In this document: piece after piece, positions 1-11,999 of the stretch | How the letters are laid out: each line of letters starts with the position of its first letter | Numbering within the stretch: the stretch's first letter is position 1 | Assembly (NCBI GenBank): GCA_951406725.2 | Contig: OX597815.1 | Coordinates: 104,594,001 to 104,658,000, forward strand | DNA from: Octopus vulgaris | Taxonomy: Eukaryota | Direction of reading: 5' to 3' | Length of the DNA stretch: 64,000 bases | Translations under genes and position numbers: made by a program | The notes under the pieces: model-generated | Seen by the model: only the letters and a program-made list of their open reading frames with translations | What the model was told of the DNA's origin: nothing | Databases searched by the model: none

Positions 1-50
1 ACTCCTTGCATTATTTACTGGCTTGTGTCCTTGTCTCATAATGTTATTCA

Positions 51-515
51 TTTTCACCATATTTATTGGCAGTCTAATATTGGGGCATATAAAAACATGA
101 CAGAAAAAAATGGGCATTAGTACACATGGCAATTGAAAATAAGAGGTGTGGGTCCAATTCTCACATGTACTAATACCCATTTTAATAGTCGTGGGTTTAT
201 ATGCTCAAATGTTAGACTATTTTTTATTGTCAATATATACAGTGGAAATTTATAATTATACTTAGGAAAGGTTTTCACTCATTACTGTTTCTTAACTTAA
301 ACAGAATATGCACATGTTTACACACTTAATGCCATGAAATCATAGTTCCTATATTTAATGGATGGGTATGTTGATGTAATTGGTAGCACACTCATTGTAA
401 AAATAAGAGATGTGGGTTCAGTTCCCACATGTACTAATACCTATTTTTCTTCCATTGTGGATTTATAATGCCCCAATATTAGACTATTTTCTATAGTTAG
501 AATATATGGTGAAAA
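51..515. repeat. Inverted plus tandem repeat of a tRNA-like (T-arm) unit
   Basis: 51-124 is the approximate reverse complement of 166-249 and 430-515 (exact 18-mer agtctaatattggggcat at 71-88 vs 468-485). Direct copies are ~264 bp apart and each has a gtggg-T-loop-c(t/c)cac arm. Confidence 0.7.
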
Positions 516-592
516 CATATATCTATGAAAACATTTTACTTGTAAACATTTCTTAACATGTGCAGAATTTCTCTCTCCCCCTCTCTCCCTTC

Positions 593-649
<57 letters not shown>

Positions 650-1127
650 TATATCATGCTAGCATGGACAATGGACGTATGTTAAATGATATATATATAT
701 ATATATATTGTACAAAGATTGAGTTAGAATCAATGCTATTGGAAACATATGATACCAATGATTTAACTATCCACAACGAAAACTACAGAAAATTGATCAG
801 TTACATACTCATTCAGGTGAACACATAAGCCAGGCAGAATTTATTTTCACCAGGAAATAGGAGATGGTTATAAGTTCAAAGTTTCTCCTTACTGAAGAAT
901 GCAACACTCAACAAAGATTAATGATTTGTGACATCAGAGAAACAGCTTGATGGATTCAGAGATAAAAGACAATCTGGAGGAAGATATGGATACTAAAAGA
1001 ATTCTTTGCTAGTTGTAGATTCAAAGAAGTTCTAGTTGGTGCTTATGACAGAAGGGAGGAAACTGAGATTTATAAAGAATATCCTATATGTACATGTGGG
1101 CATATACATACAAATATATATATATAT

Positions 1128-1360
1128 CATCATCATCATCATCATCATCATTTAGCGTCCGTTTTCCATGCTAGCATGGGTTGGACGGTTCAACTGGTGT
1201 CTGGGGAGCCCGAAGGCTGCACCAGGCCAGTCAGATCTGGCAGTGTTTCTACAGCTGGATGCCCTTCCTAACGCCAACCACTCCGAGAGTGTAGTGGGTT
1301 ATTTTATGTGCCACCGACACAGGTGCCAGACGAGGCTGGCGAACGGCCACGCTCGGATGG
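1128..1360 (-). mobile_element. 3' tail of an RTE-related retroelement/SINE with (GAT)n tail
   Basis: (cat)n-ttagcgtccgttttccatgctagcatgggttggacgg...ctggatgcccttcctaacgccaacc. The same tail recurs at ~23245, 44725 and 46075, and in opposite orientation at ~655. Confidence 0.65.
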
Positions 1361-2750
1361 TGTTTTTATGTGCCACCGACACAGGTGCCAGACGAGGCTG
1401 GCAGACGGCCACGATCGGATGGTGTTTGTTACGTCCCCAAAGCACGGAGGCCAGTCTATGCGGTACTGGCTACGGCCACGTTCGGATGATTTTCTTGTAT
1501 GCCACCGGCACTGGTACCACAAAGATACAAATTCCATTGATGTTCATCTATTTTGATTTGTTTTGATTTGATTTGATTTTCACTTGCCTCAACAGGTCTT
1601 CACAAGTGTCACAAGAAGGAAGGTATGCACAGGTGGACTGACTACGTCCCAGGTAGGGGCCACGGGTTATGGCCTGACTAGTCTTGCCGGGTCTTCGGAT
1701 GGTGTTTTTATGTGCCACCGACACAGGTGCCAGATGAGGCTGGCGAACGGCCACGATCGGATGGTGTTTGTTACGTGCCCAAAGCACGGAGGCCAGTCGA
1801 TGCGGTACTGGCTACGGCCACGTTCGGATGGTTTTCTTGTGTGCCACCGGCACTGGTACCACAAAGATACAAATTCCATTGATGTTCATCTATTTTGATT
1901 TGATTTGATTTGATTTTCACTTGCCTCAACAGGTCTACACAAGTGTCACACACTTGCCTCAACAGGTCTTCACAAGTGTCATAAGTAGGAAGGTATGCAC
2001 AGGTGGACTGACTACGTCGCCGGGTCTTCGGATGGTGTTTTTATGTGCCACCGACACAGGTGCCAGATGAGGCTGGCGAACGGCCACGATCGGATGGTGT
2101 TTGTTACGTGCCCAAAGCACGGAGGCCAGTCGATGTGGTACTGGCTACGGGTACTGGAACCACAAAGATACAAATTCCATTGATGTTCATCTATTTTGAT
2201 TTGGTTTGATTTTCACTTGCCTCAACAGGTCTTCACAAGTGTCACACGTGTCACACACTTGCCTCAACAGGTCTCCACAAGTGTCACACACTTGCCTCTG
2301 CCTCAACAGGTCTTCACAAGTGTCACACACTTGCCTCAACAGGTCTTCACAAGTGTCACACACTTGCCTCAACAGGTCTTCACAAGTGTCATAAGAGGGA
2401 AGGTATGCACAGGTGGACTGACTACGTCGCCGGGTCTTTGGATGGTGTCTTTATGTGCCACCGACACAGGTGCCAGATGAGGCTGGCGAACGGCCACAAT
2501 CGGATGGTGTTTGTTGTGCCCACAGCACGGAGGCCAGTCGATGCGGTACTGGCTACGGCCATGTTTGGGTGTGGTTTTCTTGTGTGCCACCGGCACTGGT
2601 ACCACAAAGAATACAATTCCACTGATGTTCATCTATTTTGATTTGTTTTGATTTGATTTTCACTTGCCTCAACAGGTCTTCATAAGTGTCACAAGAAGGA
2701 AGGTATGCACAGGAGGACTGACTACGTCCCAGGTAGGGGCCACGGGTATG
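1300..2750. repeat. Higher-order tandem array: four ~330-410 bp units built from ~62-bp and 33-bp subunits
   Basis: Four near-identical GC-rich units begin (c/t)ggatggtgt(t/c)tttatgtgccaccgacacagg. The 33-mer cacttgcctcaacaggtcttcacaagtgtcaca is present about 1, 2, 5 and 1 times per unit. Confidence 0.95.
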
Positions 2751-3488
2751 GATGGAAAAAAGTCAAAGGCTACCTGTGGGTTCGAATCCCACAATCAACC
2801 TCCAACTTTTTCCATCAAAGCGATCTTTTAACCCAACATTCTACATGCTATTATCTATAACTGTATCTACTTCAAGTTCCAATATTAAAAATAATTGACT
2901 TCATATTTCTTGATGTTTTTAAATTCTTACTGTTCATTCTTGTACTAGGTTGGCAAGATTTTTTTATGTCTAGTCTGTCGAAACTGATTTTGCCCTCTCA
3001 AGATACAACATTATAATAATGCTGTATCTTGAGAGAGCCAAATATTCTCAATTATTTTTCATTGCACTTATCTGTGATGTCAAAGTGGTTTTAAATTCTG
3101 ACAAAAAGTGTGAGGGTGGGGGAGGAATCTGAAAACTGCAACGAACTACAGCTGGTGAATGTGTTGTGCATATTAGCCAAACCCCCCATCCTCATGTATC
3201 TACAAAACAGCTATTTCAATTTTACCAGTAGTTCAGGAGGGAAAAAAAAAAATACTGCAAAACCCCAACCCATCAACTGCACCCATTTTAAAATTTGCTT
3301 TTGTATGCAAACAAATATATGCTTAAAAGTGATACTGGATCAAATGCCTCCAGGTACAAAAAGTATGTATGAATAAAAACACAATGTATATCACAAAGTC
3401 TTGTTATGAAGAATACATTACTTGAAGATAAAAAAAGTTTACAAATTACTATTATATTTGAGAGAAGTTTAGACACTATTTATTATGG

Positions 3489-3610
<122 letters not shown>

Positions 3611-4479
3611 TCTTATATAAAATATACCTGTGTGTGTATGTGTGTTCACTTTTCATGCAAAAACAGCTATGTGAATTGCTTCCATACTTGGGATGCATGA
3701 ATAATTTGACCTTGGATACAAAATAGGATCTTCAGTTTATTTTTTTATTAAAATAAATAATATTGCTTTTATATATATGATTCACTTCTTTGAAAAGGTT
3801 TTTCAACGACCACTTCCAGTATTGACATAGCAACAGCAATTTTTTTTGTTTTCATTTGTAAAGTCTCTCACTTATTGCTTTATTGTTTTCATTTCAAGTT
3901 TTAATTCATTATTTGCAAACAACTATGATAAATTAATTAAAGAAATAAAAAGCATGGAAGGAGCTTTTTCGGTAAAAAATAAATATTTTCAGAGGAAAAG
4001 GTGTACGAATCAATAGAGATTTAGCTGTTGTTTCTAGCACATCCTGAACTACCCTCCATTTTCACTCTCACATCGTTGCAAGTATTGATGTTTTTTTTCT
4101 CAGTATTTCTCTTCTATTAAACACATTTTGTGGAATGATACTGCTGACGTAATGCACGTGTAGTCCATTGGTGGGATATAAGCAACAAAAAAAAAAAGAA
4201 ATTGTAATTTAAATTTGTGGATAAATTCCAGCAATGACCTTTTCAGGCTCTCCCATGTTTCAAATTATAAACAGAAACAACTGGAGGCTGGGAGTGAGAT
4301 TGCAAAATAATCATAATTTTTCACATTCTTTTTATATCATATAATGTATTCATGGGGAAAAAAATATTGGAAAACTTCTATATATTCGACAATGAGAAAG
4401 AAACGAGGCGGGTTGTCCTAGGATGTGCTAGAAGCGACTGCCAAATCTCCCTTAAATCACTCTCTTTTTCCTCTGAAAA

Positions 4480-5062
4480 TATTAACAATTTTAAAAATAT
4501 TTTTTTACCAAAAAGGCTCCTGCCATGGCTTCAAAGTACAAAAAATTGGCCAAAATTGGTCCTAAGTGCGATGATGAGGAGGCGGGGTTCTACAAAAATT
4601 TCAAAATCTTTTTTTTATAAAAAGATATACCTCCCCATCACTTCGAAGGCTGTAGTTAAAAAATTGTAAAAATTCCTGTCAAAATGGAGTGGCTGCAACT
4701 TATTTGGGTTTCCTGATCCAAAACTCCATTTTTTTAAAACTCCTCTCCCCATCAACTCGGAACAAATTTTCCCCACAAATTTCTTTATAATCGTAATCTA
4801 TGCCATTTGAAAGGTATTTATGTAAAATTTCATGAAAAGATATCCATTTTCGGGAAAGTTATGAGGGAAAAATTCGGATTGTGTGAATTTTCCGAAACTC
4901 CTTTACCCACCCCCATGGAAAAATTCTTTCCCGTAATTCCTTATATACTCTGCATCCACAGGTATCTAAATGGTATTTGTTGAAAATTTTGTTAAAAAGT
5001 ATACAGTTTCTGGAAGTTATGAGGCAACAAATTTGGGTGGGGTACACATCTGTAGTTATGCC
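4480..5062. mobile_element. Probable non-autonomous interspersed repeat, unclassified
   Basis: Relatively CpG-rich block with recurring motifs (ctcccc(c)atca, aagttatgagg) ending at a (CTAT)n tract. No ORF or clear TIR seen. Confidence 0.3.
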
Positions 5063-5077
5063 GCTATATCTGCCTGT

Positions 5078-5094
5078 CTATCTATATCTGTCCG

Positions 5095-5168
<74 letters not shown>

Positions 5169-5210
5169 CATCCATCCATCCATCCATCTATCTGTCTGTC
5201 TGTCTGTCTA
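5078..5210. repeat. Compound (CTAT)n/(CCAT)n/(CTGT)n microsatellite
   Basis: Read directly from the sequence. Confidence 0.98.
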
Positions 5211-5265
5211 CCCGTATTAAGGCTATGAGTTATAACCTGAGTGTAACCAGGTCTTTCTGCTTGTG

Positions 5266-5316
<51 letters not shown>

Positions 5317-5537
5317 AGATGATGTAGAAAGCATTAAAAATATATATAACCACAGTAATCAAGAGCTTAATTAATAATAGGGTCATTAAACCCCAACACA
5401 TTATAGCACAGCAGCAAACCCAAGCAGGAAAAGCTTGCGTGTAAATACATAATCAGTTTCAATGATTCTCAAGAGCATAACATACTTAGAATAAAAATAA
5501 GAAAAGCATTGAATTCACTTATTGATCATAATTCAAT

Positions 5538-5660
5538 TATTTTCAACAGCTGTTTCAGTCAGAATAAACACTATTAATTCTATAATCATATAATTAAGTT
5601 ACATAATTAATTTTGATTAAATTAATTCCAAGCAATGTTTTCCCCTAAATCATCAGAAAT
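5538..5660 (-). ncRNA. Degenerate type I hammerhead-like motif with long AT-rich stem II
   Basis: Minus strand reads ATTT-CTGATGA-[~93 nt]-GAAA-CAGCTG-TT-GAAAAT, with palindromic ACAGCTGT. Homologous to 8611-8746. Confidence 0.5.
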
Positions 5661-6146
5661 ATTATGGACTATGCTAACCATAGACTGTTGTTAGTTTCTA
5701 ACTAAAATTATTTTCTGTATTATCCATATCATAAATACAATGAGAATCTACACTCTATCATGCAAGAATATATGCATAATACTAAGCTTAAAATGTGACA
5801 TAGTCAAATTAATAATCATAGAAATATCAATACAACTTTTAACGATAAGATTAAAAACTATAAGTAAATAAAAAATATTCTGTGACAAATACTAACAGGC
5901 AACTTCACTGTAAATTTATTAAAAATAAAAATAGAATATTGATAAAGATAAATATAATCTTTCATTGATTTATTTACAGATAATACTATAAATTCCTCCA
6001 AAAATAAAATAATACTAAATCTAGTAGCCTCACTACAAATGATAATTACGTTTCAGTAAAGTGTGCTCAGAATGCTACATACAATAGAAAAATCTATTAA
6101 ACAATGTTTCTATTCCACCATTCAAACCAATAAATATAATACTTTG

Positions 6147-7022
6147 GTACAAGTGAATATCAAAAAGTTCCTGGATTGGTTATGTTTAATTAAAACTAAC
6201 AGTTTTAACATCATCTCCTTCAAAATAGTCTTCTTGCACAGCAATACACCGGTCCCAGTGTTCCTGCCACTTTTGGAATCTGGCCTGGAAGCCATTTTCC
6301 GTAAGTGGATCAAAGACCTTCTGTGATTCGCTCTGGATTTCAATAACAGTATTAAAACAGTGATCTTTGAGCTGCATTTTCATCTTGGGGAAGAGATGGA
6401 AGTCCGCAGGGGCTCATCTAGAGAATAAGGTGGATGCAAAAGTGATGTTTTTGGTGAGAAACTCATGAGTGAGGAGAGCTCAGTGACAGGGTGCATTGTC
6501 ATCATGAAGAATCCAATTCTTCGTGCTGCACAAATCTGGTCGCTTTCACCGAATGTACTTCCTCAAATGCTTCAAAACATCATTGATTGTTCTCCAACGA
6601 TCCTCATGCACAAGCTGATGAATTTTTTCCACATTTCCAAGGATGACACTCATGGTGGATCTTCCAAATTGCTCATTGTCTTCTAGGGACGTTCTTCTGC
6701 TTTTAAAGCACCTGTGCCACTTGAAACATTACGTACGACCCATTGCCTCATTGCCATGAGCTTGTAAAAGCATGCTCTATATCTCTGTAGCAGATACCCA
6801 AGTTTAATGCAAAATTTTATGTTGGCCCTGTGTTCCTGTCCATGACAAAATCACAGACTACAGCAGACACATGATCGCAAAAACACAAATTTCACAACTT
6901 GCAAAGCAAACACAGTGATGTCACTTGGCACACTGATTCAAGAAGGTTGATGCTAGCTCATTGTATGCACGACCGTGTGTTGGCATTCTACAGAACTAGT
7001 CCAGGAAGTTTTTACATACCTT
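6147..7022 (-). mobile_element. Internally deleted mariner (Tc1/mariner) transposon, transposase pseudogene
   Basis: Minus-strand peptides EHRANIKFCIKLGVSATE (N-terminus), WILHDDNAPCH, HPPYS and FQKWQEHWDRCIAVQEDYFEGD (C-terminus). Imperfect TIRs aaaagttcctggattgg / ctagtccaggaagtttt. Confidence 0.92.
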
Positions 7023-8289
7023 AAATCCAAGATTTAAAAGTAATAAGATCTTCTGAGGTATTTCAAGTATTAATTATAGGAAATATAGTATTTCCCAATC
7101 CACATATACTAAATATACACCTCTCTGTAATTCACCTACTAAGGTAAGGAATGACTCCACTATATCATTAATAACAACGACCTTCAATTGAATAATAATT
7201 GACGAAATTACTGGTATAACATTCCATTTGCAAGAGCTGTCAAAATGAAAATTGCAAACTTATTTTTTAAAATACTTAAGGTCAATTTTCCACCATAGCA
7301 TAAGTACTGTCAAATATTCAGCAAGCCTCCTGTTTAACTTCTTATTCTACTATGCATAATTTAGCTTCTATTATAATTACCACTAGTCACTCTAAATTAA
7401 ACAAGTATAATGCAATAACAGTTTTCCTCTGAATATATTAGCTGTATTAGTATTGGTTATAATCGTAACCAGTACAAGGGTATGAGTTGTCATATTCATA
7501 ATGTTAGTACTAATAGTTATGATACCATAAGTAATTATCATAATAATAACCACAACAATAATGTAGATAAAGATATAAAAATGATTGACTATAGTACAAA
7601 ATGATAAAGCAGCATATATGATTCTCGTATTAGTGCGTAATAAGGTTACTTATTAAATAGAGGGTAATCATAAAATTACAAGTGCTAGCAATTTTCTGAC
7701 AGTCTCTAAGAATTCTTCTATGTGAAAGCCTGAAAAAATTAATGTAGTTGTAGGATGAAATAAAATTTCTACTCAATGGTCACTGCAAATGTGCTAATGT
7801 ACTTCAAAAATATAATGTTAAATGCTTAATTCTTCTTAATCTTGCACTGGTTCCACTTCTGATTTCAAAAAGGATATTACAGACATCATGATTCATTTTC
7901 TAAAAATATTCCAAAGAACTATTTGTCTTGCTGAACATATATTTCAATCTGAAAACCAGTAACTTGAAATGGTCCATATTGAATTCTGAAAATTCTTATC
8001 AAGGTGGTAAATAGATTTGCCAGTTATGTATCTGAGAGGATCTAAAAATTATTAAGGCTGACCACCAATCTTAATTTCAAACATGAAAGTGTTATTATGA
8101 ACTGTCATCATTTGAACTGCTTTCTCTAGATATGATAAGCATTTTCTATGTGTGGGTATATTTGTGTATTGTATATTTGTGGATGTCTATGCATACACAT
8201 AGACATATGTGTGAGTGCATGTGTGTGCATGTGTCTATGTGTATATCTATCTATCTATCTATCGATCTAGCTATATTTGTATGACTGTA

Positions 8290-8324
<35 letters not shown>

Positions 8325-8610
8325 CTTTAAACCAGGAATGACCTGTGGCTTGCATAGCCTGTAATATATATGTATGTGTGTATGAATATTTCTATATAGA
8401 TAAACATATGCACATGTACATATACATAAATGTTCATACACAGATATATAAGTCTATGCTTATGTATAGACATCCATAAATGAACATTACACAGTCACAA
8501 ATATACCCACACATAGAAACCATAAATATATATATATGCATTCCTGTTTTAAATATACACATACATATATATTCAAACCAGAAATGGCCCATGGCTTGCA
8601 TAGCTTGTAA

Positions 8611-8746
8611 AATTCCTGATGATTGGGGAGAGACATTGATTTAAATTAATTCAATTAATATTAATTTATATTAATTAGTGATGGATCTTAATTACATAAT
8701 TATAGAATTAATGATGTTTATACCTAATGAAACAGTTGTTAGAAAT
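8611..8746 (+). ncRNA. Degenerate type I hammerhead-like motif with long stem II (inverted homolog of 5538-5660)
   Basis: ATTC-CTGATGA-TTGGGGAGAGACATT...GATGTTTATACCTAAT-GAAA-CAGTTG-TT-AGAAAT. Confidence 0.5.
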
Positions 8747-8827
8747 AATTATGGTCTATCTCTGAAAATCATGCTTTTTTGGTTTGCATTCTCTTTATCT
8801 CTCTATTTCTCTTTGTGTGTGTATGCG

Positions 8828-8899
<72 letters not shown>

Positions 8900-9167
8900 G
8901 TATATGTATAAGTCTGCCAATATGGCATAGAATTTAGTCAATTCCCCGCATGAAACTTACATACACAAATTCCATTTGATATATACATGCATTGGGAAAT
9001 AGTTGGGAAATAGAGAGTAAAGTTATATAGTACCACCTCATCCAAGTATAGATACACACAAACATATATATGTACATATGTACAAATATATGCATGTATA
9101 TATATATATATATATATAATATAAATTATATATATATAAATAATATATATATGCATATATATTTATA

Positions 9168-9200
<33 letters not shown>

Positions 9201-9205
<5 letters not shown>

Positions 9206-10207
9206 TATATGGGCACAGGATGTCACCAACAGTAAACAGCATGAAATATGAAAACAAATGAGTTCAATACATAATGAGAGAAGCAAATGAAAAACAGGAC
9301 AAGTGACACAAAGAATGACTCTTCTTCAGATGTCAGCTGCCTATCTACTCATTTCTAGCATATGAGTCTTCAAAGACAGATGCTCCCATTAGTACCAAAA
9401 TAAAATTTGAGATTTATGCAGGCTCAAATTTGGGAACAAAAACAGGACAGTTGAGACATACAAGGAAACCAAATAAAAACAAACATGGAATGTCATTAGA
9501 CCAGAACGCGGATAAAATAACAAACTCTGGAGAAATATTTTCTTTGACAAGAGAAAAGATAGAAAAGAGAGATAGGATACGTCTAGTCCATAGGATGGTA
9601 CTGAAAGAAAAGAAACATGATCACATGAGGAAAAGAAAGATGGACGATGGTCACGTTTGAGCAATAAAATAGGGAGAGAGAAAGACAGATAAAATCGGTT
9701 ACTTTTTTTTCCTTCACCGTTTTCTATCTGTCTCTCTCTCTCTCACTCTTTCGTTACTCACAAGTGACCATCGTCTGTCTTTCTCTTCAGGACTGTCCTA
9801 AGGACAGGTTATATCCTATCTCTCTCTTCTATCTTTTCTCTTGTCAAAGAAAATATTTCTCCAGCGTTCATTATTTTACACCCGTTCTGGTCTAATGATA
9901 CTCCATATTTGTTTTCATTCAGTTTCCTTGTGTGTCTTCACTGTCCTGTTTTGTTCCCAACTTTGACCCTCCGTAAATCCCAAGTTTTATTTTGGTACTT
10001 ATGGGAGCAACTGTTTTCAAAGACTCATATTGTCATTCAAAGCTCGAAATGAGGAGTAGATAGCCAGCCAACAACTAACAAAGGGTCCTTCTTTATGTCA
10101 CTTGCCATATTTACCATTTGTTTCTCTCCTTGTTTGAATATTGAACTCATTTGTTTTTGTATTTCATGTTTTTACTGTTGGTGACATCCTGTACCCATAT
10201 ATGCATA
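9201..10207. mobile_element. ~1-kb palindromic fold-back element embedded in (TA)n
   Basis: 9201-9698 is the diverged reverse complement of 9717-10207 (e.g. caggatgtcaccaacagtaaa / tttactgttggtgacatcctg; ctggagaaatattttctttgacaagagaaaagatagaa / ttctatcttttctcttgtcaaagaaaatatttctccag). Spacer ~18 nt. Confidence 0.92.
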
Positions 10208-10248
<41 letters not shown>

Positions 10249-10509
10249 TATTTATATTACTATTTACCTGAATGCCACACATCCATTTCCAAGTAAGTTT
10301 ATATATGTATGTATGTATATATATGTATATATATATATACATATACATACATACATACATACATACATACATACATACATACATGTATGCATGGTTACAT
10401 ATATACAGATATATATATATACACATGTATGTATGCATAAGCTAAGATTCTTATATACTAAAGAAATTGCTAAGAAATTGTAGATAATGATTTAAATATC
10501 CATTTAAAC

Positions 10510-10776
10510 CAGTTGTTTCCAAACATTTTCAGGCTGCCGCCCTCTTGGCACCCAGGCCACATTCCTTACACCACCATAACCCTCCTCATCACAAATATAG
10601 ACGACTTTCTGCAGCAAATTAAAAATAACTGTATTTCACAAGTAAGACGTAAGCCTAATTAACCTGTTAATATTTTTTTACATCTATCACCCCATTATCA
10701 TCCCATTTTTCTTCAACACCCCCTCCTGGATCTTTCCACCCCCAAGGGGGCAGTACTGCCACTCTGGGAACTACTG
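10510..10776. mobile_element. hAT (Charlie-like) MITE
   Basis: Termini cagttgtttccaaa / tctgggaactactg. The 8-bp flanks atttaaac and atctagac match at 6/8 and resemble the NTCTAGAN target. Confidence 0.75.
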
Positions 10777-10899
10777 ATCTAGACCATAAATTATCTCTTT
10801 ATGAAAACAAGCAAAATCTTGATAGATGAATGAATATTGTAGGGTAATTCTGAGTGTGCTGAACAAAAATAACTCTGTAAACAGTATGCTGAAGAATCC

Positions 10900-11670
10900 T
10901 ATAATAATCACTTAAATGTACAATGTTTGTAGCTCAGTGCTTAAAAGGAAGCTTCTAGAAATAACAACTGAATGCTCTTAAATCACATCCTACATTGTAA
11001 ATAGAAAAGAACATCCAATGTAATCCTAGATATATTTTGTGTGAATGAAAGTAGGGATAATCATGCTTGGAATGTCTTAGACCATAGCTTGACAAGAATA
11101 GGACTAAGCTAGGGTTAAACAACATCAACAGTGTTAACAATAGCACTCCAACAGCATGAATGTGCAGAATCCAGATGCAATTATGAAAAGACTTTCCCAA
11201 TATTTTAGAATGAGGTCAGTTTAAAATCAACTAAAATAACAGAACTCGCTATATGAGCCATTTTTCTAAACATCACTGTATTGAATAAAAGACACAACTT
11301 TGAATAAAAGAGGAGGGGTTTATGATTGGAACAATTCCAGAATATGACAGCAGATCTAACCTTTAAAAAGAGTCCACCATTCCATTAATCCATCCATACT
11401 AAAGAATTTAATTGAGAATACAAATAAGAGTATTTTCAGTGCAAAAGGAAAAAAGACAATCATCTGATATGCAAACTGCTAAAATTACTTGTAAAGGGCT
11501 TTTCTAAATGTTAAATAAAATCCATGATTAAGTGCAATTCCAGAAACATTTAGAACTTAAAAAATAGACGATCTCTGGTTAAAGCAAATATTTCATGACA
11601 GGATATCCAAATTTGCAATAAACTCTCCGACTCTGCCCAGAAGTCTTCTCCAGATCAATAGACAGCATTT
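10900..11670 (-). pseudogene. Possible very degraded L1/Tx1 RT fragment
   Basis: Minus strand LSIDLEKT...YCKFG resembles LSLDxEKAFDRV...KFG. Little else is recognisable. Confidence 0.3.
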
Positions 11671-11999
11671 ACACACATAGGGGATAGGTTAGGGTTAGTT
11701 ATAATTGGATTAGGTATAAAAAAAATTACATTGAACACTTGAGCAGTATTCAAATATAGGATCAATAACAAATTTTACAGCCTGCTTAATGCAAAATTTA
11801 TCCATAAAAGTTACATTGTATATATCATGTAATATTAGATAACACATATATTAGTTTAGAAATAAATGATTTGTTGGTTAATAAGAAATATTTTGAGCAT
11901 GAGTTGAGAGAATTAAAAGGGTAAGAATGCTACGCTACCATTAATAATATTTGAATCAAGTAAGTTATCTCCATTAATTAAGAAGAATTTTTAAGTGGA

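Larger units (their letters stand above)
5320..8130 (-). mobile_element. Highly degraded Penelope-like element relic, interrupted by a mariner
   Basis: Weak GIY-YIG-like remnants on the minus strand (PLVGE..RGVYLVY; ITFKSWI), continuing across the mariner. Hammerhead-like CTGATGA...GAAACAGCTGT near its 3' end. Confidence 0.4.

Noticed and set aside
1300-2750. CRISPR-like array or repeat protein (HLPQQVFTSVT)n
   Set aside because: The 33-bp units abut without unique spacers, there are no cas genes, the context is eukaryotic, and the ORFs are products of tandem repetition.
2776-2792. Functional tRNA gene
   Set aside because: Only a T-arm is present; no D arm, anticodon arm or acceptor stem. 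SINE heads elsewhere are likewise not tRNA genes.
11678-11700. Telomeric TTAGGG seed
   Set aside because: Fewer than two full units; expected by chance.
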